Made by a program: the position numbers and the translations under genes. This document shows, in pieces, positions 27,019-40,330 of a stretch of 64,000 bases of DNA. How positions within the stretch are numbered: the stretch's first letter is position 1; each line of letters starts with the position of its first letter. Where the stretch lies: the NCBI GenBank assembly GCA_951406725.2, contig OX597818.1, forward strand, positions 127,720,001-127,784,000, read 5' to 3'. The notes below the pieces were generated by a model. It was given only the letters and a program-made list of their open reading frames with translations. It searched no databases and had not been told where the DNA came from. The DNA comes from Octopus vulgaris (taxonomy: Eukaryota).

Positions 27019-27679
27019 CGTAATTCATGTCCAAACCACAGCTTCATGCAGGAAACCAAGTAATATTGATCCCCATTAGATTTGAAACAGGCATAGGAAT
27101 GATATTACCAAATCTTTTCAATCTCCACCATTCCTGAAACCAACATCTAATCTCAAGTGTCTGACTGGGTAGGATAAATGGTAGTCTATGAGATTTCACA
27201 GTTCAATAATAGCAGTTACCACATAGTGAGATAACTATCAAATCCTACAAGTAATTAAATTTTTTTTTTAATTGGGTGCTGGTGCAGACTATAGAACCTA
27301 ATGCAGCACCTAGCCTTGCCAGTTCTTGTCAAGCTGTCCAACCCAACAAGGAAAACATGTATTAGATGTTGATGATCATGATTCACTCTGACCCCATTAC
27401 ATCTAAGGATGTGGGAGCATTCCACATCTACAAAGCATTAAGTAATGTGGTGCTAAGTCAACCTGTTATTAAATGATACAAAAGAATTATAAATTTCATA
27501 TAAAAGCTGTAGGAGCTTTGACAAATTTGTAAAGTCCTTGAGTAATATCAAACCTTTTACTCTAAGAATCATCTACACAATACATAAGGGACCCACACAA
27601 GTACAGTGAAGAACCCTGTTCAAGAGATCAAGATAAAGTGTTCAGAGGTAGACTTGCTTTTTTTTTTATAGATTTTTTT

Positions 27680-27685
27680 TTTATT
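27680..27685 (-). promoter_or_regulatory. Candidate AATAAA polyadenylation signal of KIAA2013 (3' UTR of about 1.35 kb)
   Basis: tttatt on + strand at the end of a TE-free, AT-rich stretch downstream of the stop; other AATAAA candidates exist. Confidence 0.3.
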
Positions 27686-28152
27686 AAATGAATTCTTTTG
27701 TTTTAATTCAATTATATTTTATTTTCATTATTTACAGAAATCCTCGTATATCCACATTTTTTAAAATGTTTTTTTTTAATTTATTTTTTATTTGTTTTAA
27801 CTCATCCATAAAATCTTTTGTTTTTAAATTAAAAATAATAAAAAAAAAAAATAAACCACAAACAAACAAAAAGCAGAAAGAAATAAAAGATTTCTGGCAA
27901 CTAATAACTGAATATATTGTTGTTTTAGGTTTTGTTTTTCATTGAAAAAAAAAATCTTGTAAAACAAAAATGTGTGTGCATGTAAGTGCACACACACTTG
28001 TGTGTGTGTGTGTGTATGTTGGAATATAAAAAAAAAAAAAAACAATCTTACAAAGTAACGAAAACAAATGAACATTTAACCATTGCAAAAATTGTTAAAT
28101 AAATCAAGTTAAGTTAGATAATCAGAGAGGAGGAAGATGAAAAAGATAGCGA

Positions 28153-28153
28153 G

Positions 28154-28202
<49 letters not shown>

Positions 28203-28437
28203 GGGAGAAGGAGGGGGAGGAGGCAGAAGAAGATGAGAAAGTGGAAGAGGAGAAAGAAGAGGAGGGGGAAGAAGAGGAGGAGGAAGAAGAGGAGGGGGAA
28301 TAGGAGGGGGAAGTGGAGGAGGAAGAAGAGGAGGGGGAAGAGGAGGAGGAAGAAGAGGAGGGGGAAGAGGAGGAGGAAGAAGAGGAGGGGGAAGAGGAGG
28401 AGGAAGAAGAGGAGGGGGAAGAGGAAGGAGGAGGAGA
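28153..28437. repeat. (TAG)n followed by a 27-bp-unit purine minisatellite in the putative KIAA2013 3' UTR
   Basis: gaagaggaggaggaagaagaggagggg repeated about 6 times. Confidence 0.9.
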
Positions 28438-29029
28438 TGCACGAAGGAAGGTCAGGTTGCTGAATAAATGAGGAAAAAGAGAAATAGAGAGAAGACAAAA
28501 AAAATGAGAAGAGAGCAAGAGAAAAACGTAAGGAGAGATGGAGAGATAGAGAGAGAGAGAGAGAGAGGAGAAGGGGGGTAAATATGTAAGAGAGAGAGAC
28601 AGAACTAAGAAGATGGTCGAGTGAACAAAATATATTTATAGCATGTAGGAAAAGAATGAAAAAATATCAGAGAGAGAAAGAGAGAGGCATTAAGAGAATC
28701 CAGAATTAAAGGTGAAAGACAGAACTTGAAAGAAGATGGATGAAACAAAATACTGTTCTAAAAAAAACAGAATTTGTTAAAAAAAAAAAAATTAATAAAA
28801 ATAAATGTTACAAAAAATGTCCAAAAAAAAGTCAACAGCCTCCCAACATCGATGACGACGACAGTGACAGTAGTTGTGATGGTGGTGGTGGTGGTGATGA
28901 TGATGGTAATGACAGTGGTGATGTGATGACAGTAGTAATAGTGGTTCTTGTTGTTGTTGTTGTCACTGCTGGTGGTAGTGGAGGTGGTGGTAGCGTGGTG
29001 ATGAAGCATTAGAGCTAGCCAGGTCTTCC

Positions 29030-29217
29030 TTACAAATTGTACTTGGAGCGTGAGAAGATCTCTTGTCCCTGGCAGTACTCATTGTAGATCAACTTGAAAA
29101 GGAAGAGATGGAACACAGTCACAAGGAATGCAATTGAGACCCAAAATAGAGTAGGCAGCCCACCAAACTTGTGACCATGTTTGTGTAATGCTATGACATG
29201 ATGTTCATGTGCTGGAG
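29030..29217 (-). CDS. KIAA2013: KIAA2013 terminal coding exon with C-terminal transmembrane helix and TAA stop
   Basis: tttttcAG acceptor; [30 protein letters not shown] matches the C-terminus I recall for KIAA2013 ([15 protein letters not shown]). Confidence 0.93.
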
Positions 29218-31165
29218 CTGAAAAAGACATGAAAAATATTTAATAAATTTTTTTTTTTTAAATTAAAATACATGGTCAACACCTAACTCTTTTACTTGTT
29301 TCAGTCATTTGACTGTGGCTATGCTGGAGCACCGCCTTTAATCGAGCAACTCGACCCCGGGACTTATTCTTTTGTAAACCCAGTACTTATTCTATCGGTC
29401 TCTTTTGCCGAACCGCTAAGTGACGGGGACATAAACACACCAGCATCGGTTGTCAAGCAATGCTAGGGGGACAAACACAGACACACAAACACACACACAC
29501 ACACACATATATATACATATCTATGACGGGCTTCTTTCAGTTTCCGCCTACCAAATCCACTCACAAGGCTTTGGTCGGCCCAAGGCTATAGTAGAAGACA
29601 CTTGCCCAACGTGGGACTGAACCCGGAACCATGTGGTTGGTAAACAAGCTACTTACCACACAGCCACTCCTGCGCCTATCTAAGTGATTTTTTTTTTTTT
29701 TTTTTGATAGTCTTAAAATACCAAAAGAGTAACTAGAAAAATCATAAATTCTATCCATCTACTATTTCTTGGAAAGATTCCTGTCAGAAGCAACAATCAT
29801 TAGACTTTCTGGCTAGACTTCTAAGCATGACCAATGGAGACTATGAATATTATCCAACCATCTCATTCTTGATCTATCCCAAGGTTTCCTGCCAATTGGA
29901 TCAGCTTGAAGAACCTGTTTTGCAATTCTGACCTGCCACATTCTAATCACATGTACGTAGTACTAGACATCTAACTTCTCAATGTGGAGTCTCTCCTAGC
30001 TCAACTGGAAGAGACTCCAGGAGGAATTCAGTTTGACAATTTATCAAAAAAATTTCAATATCACACTTTAAAATAACATGCATGCAACAAAACCCATTTG
30101 GTTTCAGTCATCCTTAGAAATAAACTACTTTTTCATTTGAATAGTACTTTAAACTCCCGAGAAGAAGTCAACTTGGAGAGTGAAAAGTCAAGAGAAGACA
30201 ACAGAAAAAAAACTGTCTAGCTGAAAGATTAAAACAGTATAAAGGACACACATTATTATGGTAAAAAAATTCCTTCTTGATTTACCAGAGCATGTAAGGT
30301 TTCTTTTTTGTATTTCAACTGGTCAACATCACCATTATTTTATATCCATTTTCTATGCTAGCATAGGCTAAACAGGCACTCAAAGTCAATTCTTATTCAC
30401 AATTACTACTTACTACCCTTCCAGACAGGTTAAAATACCCTGTTTCATTCATATTTCCTGTTATAGGAATAGCTTTTACAGCTGAACACTCATCTTAACA
30501 ACAACCACTTAACAGAGAGTAGCAGGTAAATTTTATCGTGGCACCAACACCAGAGAGGTTGTCCTGTCCTCAACCAGACTAAAAGCTCCTTTCAACCAAG
30601 CATTATCTCGACTTGACTGTCAACTATCTTAAAAAGTATACTGGTTACATTTTATCAAGGAACTTGTATAAGGCAAATCTGATGAGCTTTGTTGGATCTC
30701 CACACTAGTCTGAACATCATCATCATTATTTAGCATCTGCTTTCCATGCTGGCATGGGTTAGACAGTTTGAAAGAAAATGGTAGGCTGTAGGGCTGCACC
30801 AAGTTGCAATCTGATTTGGCATGGTTTCCACAGCTAGATGCCCTTCCTAATGCCAACCACTCCAAGAGTGTAATGGGTGCTTTTTATGTGCCACTGGCAT
30901 GAGTGCCAGTTATGTGACAGCAGCCACAACTATGATTTCACTTGGCTTCTGGGGGCAAATAGAGATGAGGAAGTTAACTCTACTAAAGGCACTGAAAATT
31001 GGGATAAATCATGTAGTAGATGGTGAAATTCATATAATGTACTGGATTTGGCTCATTCTCATAGATTATCTGCCTGATTCAGATGACTCACATCTTTCAT
31101 TTGCAACAGAAGGAGATCATTGATAGCCTTGAGTAAGAGAGACAGCAAATAAAATAGTAGTAGTA

Positions 31166-31216
<51 letters not shown>

Positions 31217-31263
31217 TAGGTGGCATAAATGATGACACCGACAAGAGTAAAATGACAACTCAC

Positions 31264-31388
31264 CTTCTGCAATTTCTCTCACATGGATTGCATGCTTCAG
31301 TTCCTCCATGTGCAGTTTATCAGCAGTGATGTACAAAATGGAGGTGATAGGATTAGTTAACTTCACAGGAAACTGTGCCCACTTTTTA
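31264..31388 (-). CDS. KIAA2013: KIAA2013 exon ([21 protein letters not shown]...HVREIAEA)
   Basis: ttttttcAG/GTgagt, 125 nt, phase 2/1. Confidence 0.93.
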
Positions 31389-32519
31389 CTGAAAAAAAGA
31401 GGAAATGCAATAAACATTGCAGTTGCGGTCAAATTTATATTTAACTGGTGAAATGAAATAGTTAAGTGGAACCAATAATGAACAACTAACTCAGAGAGAC
31501 TGAAGTTCTAATGTACCGCAGGTATTTCATTGTATAGTTGAGCAGCAGAGTTGTAATGCACCTCAATTCATCTAGCCGTTAGAAGCTAGTGTGTGATAAA
31601 ATATTTACTGATATAGATTGATGTAGATATATATACCTTCCTTCTTGGGACATATAACTCTACTTGTGAAGACCTGTTGAGGCAAGTGAAAATCGAAATC
31701 GATCAGCATCAATGGAATTTGTAATTGTGATACCAGTGCCGGTGGCACGTAAGGGAACCATCTGAACATGTAAAAAGCACCCACTACACTCACGGAGTGG
31801 TTGGTGTTAGGAAGGGCATCCAGCTGTAGAAACACTGCCAGATCAGACGGGCCTGGAGCAGCCTTCGGGCTTCCCAGACCCCAGTTGAACCGTCCAACCC
31901 ATGCTAGCATGGAAAGCGGACGTTAAACGATGATGATGATGATGATGATAGATTGGCATTTACTGATATAGATTGGTGAGGATTTTTCTGTTATTTAATT
32001 GCATCATGGAAACAGAACAATACCCTTGCTTCTAAAAGCCTTACAGAACTTACAAAGCTTAATGTTTTATTTTTATACTTTGATGGACAACAGACAAAAA
32101 TGGATAGATCAGTACAACTGGTAATTAAACTGGCACTGACACTCCATGATGGGGGTTCCAGCTGATCCAATCAATGAAATAGCCTGCTCATGAAATTAAT
32201 GTGCAAGTGGCTGAGCACTCCATGGACATGCATTTTCTTAATGTAGTTCTCAGAGAGATTCAGTGTGACACACTGACACACAATATGACAAGGCTGGCCC
32301 TTTGAATTACAGGTACAACTTATTTTTGCCAGCTGAGTGAGCTGGAATGACATGTAAAAAATGCATCTTTCTCAAGGGCACAACATGCTACCAGGAATCG
32401 AACTCATGACCTTACAGTCATGAGCTGATTATTCTAACCACTAAGCCATCTGCCTTCACACTATTACTATTGGTGTGGTGGCTCTCCAAACCTCATAACA
32501 ATCAAACCTATAACGATAT

Positions 32520-33940
32520 TTATGGTAAATTTTTACTTTTACATTGATTTCACTTTGAAGGTGAAATGTGTTTTGAACAAATCTCACCATCAAAACTATC
32601 AGAAATCACTCGTTCTTTAAGTAAAACCTTCCCCAGAGCTGATCACTTAGGTTGAGGTGGGGTCATCTGTATGCAGTACCTTTCACTGCTAGAAATAGCA
32701 GACAGTCTCCCACTACAAATGTGTGTTCATGCACACATATACAAACTGAATAACTTGAGTACTGGGAATGGCGTCATGTCAGATGTGCACTTTCAGTTAT
32801 TACCCACTGCATTGCTGATTTCTATGACAATAATGGCACAACGTTGGCTTTCTGCATTCTCAGATGTTCTACTGAAAACAGTCATCTATCTCCACTACAA
32901 AACAGAATGTATATGTTAAGAAGAGGAGCTATGACATTGCAGGAAAAGGTATATTGTGCCAAAAAAATGTTACTGTAACTACTCTGTTTCAGATTCTAAA
33001 AGTTGTTTTCTGGATAACAGTATTATTATTATCCTATGGACAATTGTTTATCTTTGTTATCCCTTTCTTAGACATTTATTTTACCACAAGACTGTGATGG
33101 AATGCCTTGAGTCTTCAAAGTTGTCAGTTAGTTGCAAGGTTACAGACATGTTCTCTAACCAGGAATTGATTAGTGGAAACAGGATTGAGATGAAATTGAT
33201 GAAGCTTTGATTGTTTGATGCAAGCATGGAGGAGGCTAGATTCTAAGTTAGACTTGGTTGTTTGGTGGGATTGAACAAATGAGTAAACAAGGTTTCATTG
33301 TGGCATTAACAGGATCCATTGATGAAAAATATATCAAAGCATCACTCATTCCTCTCATTCAAAAGTACATCAGGCCTGGCTGTAACTTAAAATGATTCTT
33401 GAGCTGCCTATAAAACTATAAGGGATTGGGATTTAAGATACACACATTTTTTATTTAACCATTCTGAAAATTTTGTGAATAAAAAGAAATAACAGTACAC
33501 ACACACACACACAACATTGAATGGTTTAGATGAGATGTAAAGTAGTGGGTTAAGAAACCAAATATTTGGTCAGAATAGCTATACCAGTACTTGGCACCGT
33601 ATTTGTTCACCTCTTCCATAGCCAGTACCACTTCCTTTTTCAGACAACCAAGTGATACCCACCTTTCTCAGACTACCACTGATCCATTACCCATCAAGAT
33701 TCAGATTCCAAGTTGGAAGAAAAGGAAGATCCTCAGTTTGCTCTCTACATTTTGCTAAGTTTAAGGGAGTGGTTTACCTAAAGAATTAGTGATTTTCAAT
33801 GGTTCTAATGATCTGATTCATTCAAAACATGTCAAAAACCATAAGAAAAACAAACTTCACCTTCAAAGTGAGACAGGTATAATAGTAAAAATGTATCTAT
33901 CTTCTAAGTGAGATGGGTGTAATATTAAAACATTACTGTA
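32520..33940 (+). mobile_element. Merlin/IS1595-like DNA transposon relic
   Basis: 33190-33530 reads EIDEAL, WLFGGIE, LIPLIQKYIRPG, DS*AAY, NHSENFV, HT..IE; cactttgaaggtgaa (about 32551) is inverted as ttcaccttcaaagtg (about 33856). Confidence 0.7.
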
Positions 33941-35164
33941 TTTGCCAAGTGAACACAGTGGTAAAAAAAAATAGATGTGATATCTGGTAAAGACTAGTGT
34001 TTCAGATAAAACTAACAATTATAGATCAGCATTTCTTTGACAAAAAACATTCACCAAATATTAGCATATGCTTCATCTTATAACACACCATTGTATATCT
34101 CTGCTGCTTCTATTTCCAATCTGATTCATGCTACTGCAGACCATCACTATTCTCTCAAAGCATCATCATCATCATCGTTTAACGTCTGCTTTCCATGCTA
34201 GCATGGGTTGGACGGTTCGTCCGGGGATCTGGGAAGCCAGAAGGCTGCACCAGGCTCCAGTCTGATCTGGCAGTGTTTCTACAGCTGGATGCCCTTCCTA
34301 ACGCCAACCACTCCGTGAGTGTAGTGGGTGCTTTTTACGTGCCACCTACACTGGAGCCAGGCGAGGCTGGCATCGGCCACGGTCGGATTGGTGCATTTTA
34401 CGTGCCACCTGCACGGAAGCCAGTCGAGGCGGCACTGGCTTCGGCCACGATTCGGATGGTGCTTTTTACGTGCCACCGAAACGGAAGCCAGTCGAGGCAG
34501 CGCTGGCATCGGCCACGATTCGGATAGTGCTTTTTACGTATCTCCAGTCCAGGGGTCCTGGCATCTGCCAGGTGCCAGTCATAGGATTGGTTCAATTTCG
34601 ATTCCGATTTCGATTTCACTTGCCCCAACAGGTCTTCGCAAGCAAAGGTGGGTAGGCATAGGTGCCTGTCGTCGGATGAGGTTCGATATCGACTTCGCTT
34701 GCCTCAACAGGTCTTTGTGTGTCCAAGGGAGGAAAGGCATGCATAAGTGGGCATGTTTGAAATATTAGGTCTCTAAATATCTCCAAGATGTTTGGTCACT
34801 TTAACTGCCTCCAGGTTGCAGATCAAACTCAAGCAGAAGTAAGCAGAATTGTATTTAAGCTGTGCTGATTGGGGTGCTTAAATAAACTACACTGGCACAT
34901 GATCAAATATTTTCAAACATTTATCATATAATGACTATATTCAACTGGTTGGTTTGAAGAAAGACATGGTCCAAAGCCCTTTCAAGCTTATTTCTATCTG
35001 AGCTGAAGTGGATAACAGTTAATCAAAGCTCAGATAGGATACTGATCTATCACAAGTAACTTTTCCCACTGAAGGAATTAAACTGAGTACTGCAAGTTAA
35101 CAAAATTATCACAAATTCCAGTGTTACAACTCATTACAACAGTGAACCATATGACCCCCAGATC

Positions 35165-35330
35165 CCTATGGCAATCCCTCAAGGTCGAGGATGATGGTCT
35201 TCGCGCAAATTTATTGGTGAGTCCGCAGGTGACTGATAAGACCAATTCTTGCTCGAAAAGATCGGTCACAGTGCGGACATCTAGTGCCGGAAGGGAGAGT
35301 CGCACGTGGTTGTTGTTGGCGCTCCAGATA
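35165..35330 (-). mobile_element. RTE-clade LINE 3' end (C2H2-like finger)
   Basis: CPHCDRSFRARIGLISHLRTH followed by stop. Confidence 0.72.
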
Positions 35331-35712
35331 ACTATGGACACAATGCAGAATTGGTGACAAGGAAAGAGCAATCAATTTCACTGTCCAGTGATCCATTTAG
35401 TTTTTTCTGTCAATTCTACATGTTGAGAGATGGGGAAATATTAAGTAGAAAGTGGACTCAGATTTTCAAGAAACAAAGACTGGACAATACCACAAATAGG
35501 AATAACAAAAGAAAGTGATGCATAGAATGCTGGAATGGTAGTTCAAGCAAACCATTATAACAGATTAGGTATAGCCATATTATAATAGACTAACAGTAGT
35601 AATAGAAGAGATAGAGTTTAGCAGTGGATATTGCTAAGAAATGGTTACTCTCTTTTACTCTTTTACTTGTTTCAGTCATTTGACTGCGGCCATACTGGAG
35701 CACCGCCTTTAT

Positions 35713-36098
35713 TCTTCCATGAATAAAACTCATTTTTCTTTATGTTATTGTAGTCCTTGCTTGAGTATTTTGATGTATTTTTCAAAGTTTATGGTTCCAA
35801 CACATTCGATCAGCTCAGAATGACCATTGCTGGTAACAGCTCCCCATACCATTACAGAGATACCGCCATGTTTCACAGTTGGTTGGAGTCGTTTCAAATC
35901 AAATTCTTGATTGGGAAGCCTCCAGACCCAAACACGTCCACTGTCTGAAAATAATGCAAATCTAGATTCATCTGAGAAAATCACTATCCCAAAATGAACT
36001 GGATTTTTCTGACATCTCCTTAGCCCATTTCTTTCTTTTCATGATATTAATTGGTTGAATGAGAGGTTTTCTTCTAGCTGCTCACCCATAATACCCAA
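35713..36098 (-). other. Local duplicate of an internal Tc1 segment (source about 38721-39107) inside a SINE A copy
   Basis: Identical 79-aa ORF in both places, few SNPs, no TIRs. Confidence 0.88.
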
Positions 36099-36226
36099 GG
36101 ACTTATTCTTTGTAAGCCCAGTACTTATTCTATCAGTCTCTTTTGCCGAACCTCTAAGTAACGGGGACGTAAACACACCAGCATCGGTTGTCAAGCAATG
36201 CTAGGGGGACAAACACAGACACACAA

Positions 36227-36261
<35 letters not shown>

Positions 36262-36725
36262 CATATATACGACAGGCTTCTTTCAGTTTCCATCTACCAA
36301 ATCCACTCACAAGGCTTTGGTCGGCCCGAGGCTATAGTAGAAGACACTTGCCCAAGGTGCCACGCAGTGGGACTGAACCCGGAACCATGTGGTTGGTTAG
36401 CAAGCTACTTACCACACAGCCACTCCTGCACCTTGATAGATAATGATGATAAGTATGACAAATAACAGTAGAAAACAAACAAAGTTATTTTTCAATGAAA
36501 CCCTAACAGCACCATCAGAGTCATCCAATCTATATCTTGATGTTTCATTCAAACTTAAAACACTATATATAGTTTTAGCTTGTCTAAGGCACGAGCTGGA
36601 AAGATTAATTAAATAAAAATAGAGGAAAGATGTAAAAGAGAAGGAAGTGGACTAATTACTTAGGAATTGACTCGAATTTGAATTAAATTTGCTTGAGTCA
36701 ATTTCTTCTGATTAATGAGAAATAT

Positions 36726-36908
36726 GTGGAAGTGAGGTTGCATCATCATCATCATCATCAACATTTAGCGTCCGCTTTCCATGCTAGCATGGGTTGGATG
36801 GTTCAACTCCAGCTTCACAGACCCCAGTTGAACCGTCCAACCCATGCTAGCATGGAAAGCGGACGCTAAATGTTGATGATGATGATGATGATGCAACCTC
36901 ACTTCCAC
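36726..36908. repeat. Inverted duplication, 83-bp arms, 17-nt loop, 1 mismatch
   Basis: 36726-36808 is the reverse complement of 36826-36908 except T36799/G36835. Confidence 0.95.
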
Positions 36909-36981
36909 TGATTCTGATAAATTAGACATCCTCAGAAAAAGAAAAAGAGAGAAGAATAAAAGAGAAAATACTGAGTCTTAC

Positions 36982-37246
36982 CTTAACATGACAGGAGGGT
37001 CTATACAGCCAGCATCACAGGCATAGTAAGGCCGATTATTTCTGTCTAAGGAGACAAACAAGTTAGCCTTGTTGTCTTCTCCAACAATCACAGATATATT
37101 CAAATGGGTATTGTTACCATAGTTTATACGTCGGAAAAAGAAGTCTCGGTGCAAGTCTTTTGGTTGTAGAGTGAGCTCTAAGTGGTTGTTAGTGAAATGC
37201 AAACCACCAATGCTAAGTACCAAAGCCTGAAGAACTCCCTCGGCAC
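36982..37246 (-). CDS. KIAA2013: KIAA2013 exon ([18 protein letters not shown]...[15 protein letters not shown])
   Basis: acAG/GTaaga, 265 nt, phase 1/2; GVLQAxVLSxGGL and YACDAGC motifs. Confidence 0.93.
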
Positions 37247-38422
37247 CTGTTTCAAAAGACAAACACAAACAAACAATATAATCAACGTAACAAACAGCAA
37301 CAACAATTTCAAGCACTGACACAGCACCTGAAATTTGAAACAGGATACAACTGATTGAATCTACCCAGCTACTTATTCTGTCAGCCACAGAAGGACAAAA
37401 GGCAAAGTCAACCCCAAAAAGATTTTAACTCAGGATTTATAAGAATGGAAGTATATAATGTAAAAACGTTTGGTCTAGAGATCATCATCATCATCATCGT
37501 TTAGCGTCCACTTTCCATGCTGGCATGGGTTGGACGGTGCAACTGGGATCTGGGAACCCAGAAGGCTGCACCAGGCCCAGTCTGATCAGGCAATGTTTCT
37601 ATGGCTGGATGCCCTTCCTAACGCCAACCACTCCATGAGTGTAGTGGGTGCTTTTTACGTGCCACCGGCCACAATCGGATGGTGCTTTTTACGGGCCACC
37701 GGCATGGAAGCCAGTCAGATCTTCATATAATGATCCACTTATGATTTTGCCCATTGCCCTTATGTATATCATATCTTACATATAAAAAAAATCCTTGAGT
37801 ATCCCTCGTCTAATTTCCATCATGCGCAATGCATACGTAAGAAAAACTAGAACAGGGGTACAAAAAGCTATCAACTGTTCAATGACCTACAAATACATTA
37901 ATTTTTAAAAACAGTCTGAGGCCCACAGAACACCTTAGTGGTGGTCTATTTAAAGGCTGCAGCACATCTGTTGTTGATGTTCAATATTTAAATGGTTTTA
38001 TTAACAAAACAACAATAATAATATTGATTCCAGTATGGGAGCAATATCTTTTTTTATATCACTCACAGGAGGATAAAAGCCAAAATTCAACTTACTAATC
38101 TTTAAATTCAGAACACTGTGGAAAGGAACTAAATGTTAATGTCTGCTACATGTTTAGTACAAAGACATTAATCAGTTCTGAATTAGCAAAATGACTATGT
38201 ATTTCAAGCTGAGAAATATCAATGCAATTTGTGTCCTACTCTGAGTTTCTTAATAAACATAGTAATCAGATAAAATCTGAGTAATAGAAACTAAGTAAGT
38301 TAAACTGAATTGCAAACACACACACATGCAGGAAATAAATAGACACCTTTAATTTTCAAAATCTTTTATTTAATACGTAAAGCGAACAACTGAAATGTAA
38401 TTGATCGGTAGGACTACATACT

Positions 38423-39426
38423 TTAGTATTTAGTTGACATTCCCTTTGCAGTTTTCAATTCAGAAACTCTTTTTGGCATTGAACTGATGAGCTTCGTGAT
38501 TATCTCTAGTGGAATTTCTGCCCACTTTTCATGCAACAATTGAAACAATTCATCTTTAAATTTAGGTTTCTGTCGAGTTTTTTGTATAGCTCTATCTAGT
38601 ATGCTCCAAAGATATTCAATTGGGTTCATGTCAGAAGATTGGCTCGGCCAAGGAAGCTTTTTGATCCCATTTTCAGTCAGCCATTGTTGATTCCTTTTCG
38701 CTGTGTGGCATGAGACCCCATCTTCCATGAATAAAAACTCATTTTTCTTTATGTTACTGTAGTCCTTGCTTGAGTATTTTGATGTATTTTTCAAAGTTTA
38801 TGGTTCCAACACATTCTATCAGCTCAGAATGACCATTGCTGGTAACAGCTCCCCATACCATTACAGAGATACCGCCATGTTTCACAGTTGGTTGGAGTCG
38901 TTTCAAATCAAATTCTTGATTGGGAAGCCTCCAGACCCAAACACGTCCACTGTCTGAAAATAATGCAAATCTGGATTCATCTGAGAAAATCACAATCCCA
39001 AAATGAACTGGATTTTTCTGACATCTCCTTAGCCCATTTCTTTCTTTTCATGATATTAATTAGTTGAATGAGAGGTTTTCTTCTAGCTGCTCGTCCATAA
39101 TACCCAAGCTTACACAGATATGTAACACAAGTTCTTGGACTAACTTCTAGCTGTTTTGCAATATCAGAAGCCTTCGAACGGGGTTCATTTTCCACAATTC
39201 TCTTCAAACAGCGAAGCTTCCTTTCCGAGGGCCCAGGTCGGCCGGGACAAGAATCTGTTGATTCTTTTCCTTGGCTTTTAAATTACACTATAATTCTATT
39301 AACAGTAGCAAGAGGAATTTGAAGATTTTTGGCAATTTTTCGCTGGCTAAGACCAGCCTCAGATTGCCCAACAATATGACCTCTTTGAAAATCTGACAGT
39401 TCTGCTGAATTTTTTGTGCATGACAT
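38423..39426 (-). pseudogene. Tc1/mariner (DD34E-type) transposase pseudogene in a KIAA2013 intron
   Basis: [61 protein letters not shown]; one internal stop and two frameshifts. Confidence 0.92.
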
Positions 39427-39594
39427 GATTACTCTTCGCAAATGTTTAATATAATGGCACCTGGAATGAAAAAGAATAATTACATTGTAAATTCTACACT
39501 GCTGAAAACATTAAGACGCTTAGATCAGAAATTTTGAAAATTAAAGGTGTCTATTTACTTCCTGCATGTCTGTGTATATAAATGAAGTACTCAC

Positions 39595-39707
39595 CAGATT
39601 TGACCATCACAGAGCAACCTTGCTTCTCTAATGTGATCATCCATGTGGTGACAATCCGAGCAATGGCATCTTCACCAGCAGCATCAAGCCAAAGAGTGGA
39701 AGAGAAA
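39595..39707 (-). CDS. KIAA2013: KIAA2013 exon (FSSTLWLDAAGEDAIARIVTTWMITLEKQGCSVMVKSG)
   Basis: ttcAG/GTgagt, 113 nt, phase 2/1; WxxTLEKQGC motif. Confidence 0.92.
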
Positions 39708-39799
39708 CTGAAGAAGACCAAAAGATGAAGTAAGCCAACTTCCATCTCTTTTTTCTTTTCATTTTTTAATGAGAATGTAAAAATATAGAACTAATACAT

Positions 39800-40330
39800 A
39801 CCCTAGCAGAGCATGCTTGTCTTGTTTCTTTCCAGCCTCCAAATATCTTTCGCATTCAGTGCTACTATGCAATACCACACTTCATACACAAGGATCATAG
39901 AATCTTTCTCTTTACATGAAGAGAGAACCCTTTTGTTGCCAGTTAAAGTAATAGCTACTAGAACATTTTCCAACCTGTTGTTAATCTGACAACTATGCTT
40001 TTAGAACACCTACCTCTACCACTTGCCAATACAGTGCAAAATTTGAGGGAACCACTGCATCTGTTCACAACAAAGGAATTCTCTCCCTCTGAGTGAACAG
40101 TGGATTGTATGATGCTCATGTATGAAACATGATACTGAATGGTAGTGAAATATATACATTGAACATGCCATGATATGTAAAGGTTGGAAAGAAATGAGGG
40201 GATGTACACAAACAACAAACAATGAAGTATAATGACTCCCTGAACATTTTCCAACCCATTCTTACTCTGGCTACTATCACTCACCCTCTTCCACTGCCAA
40301 TGTAGTCCATATACAAAGACCACTAGATTG
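39800..40330 (-). pseudogene. Degenerate RTE-like RT C-terminal fragments
   Basis: VARVRMGWKMF and GWKMF...LATKGFSL remnants with many stops. Confidence 0.5.

Noticed and set aside
34195-34768. Recurrent ORFs MLAWVGRF...LDALPNANHS in many places
   Set aside because: Antisense translations of retroposon family E; no protein motif, and the frames are not conserved between copies.
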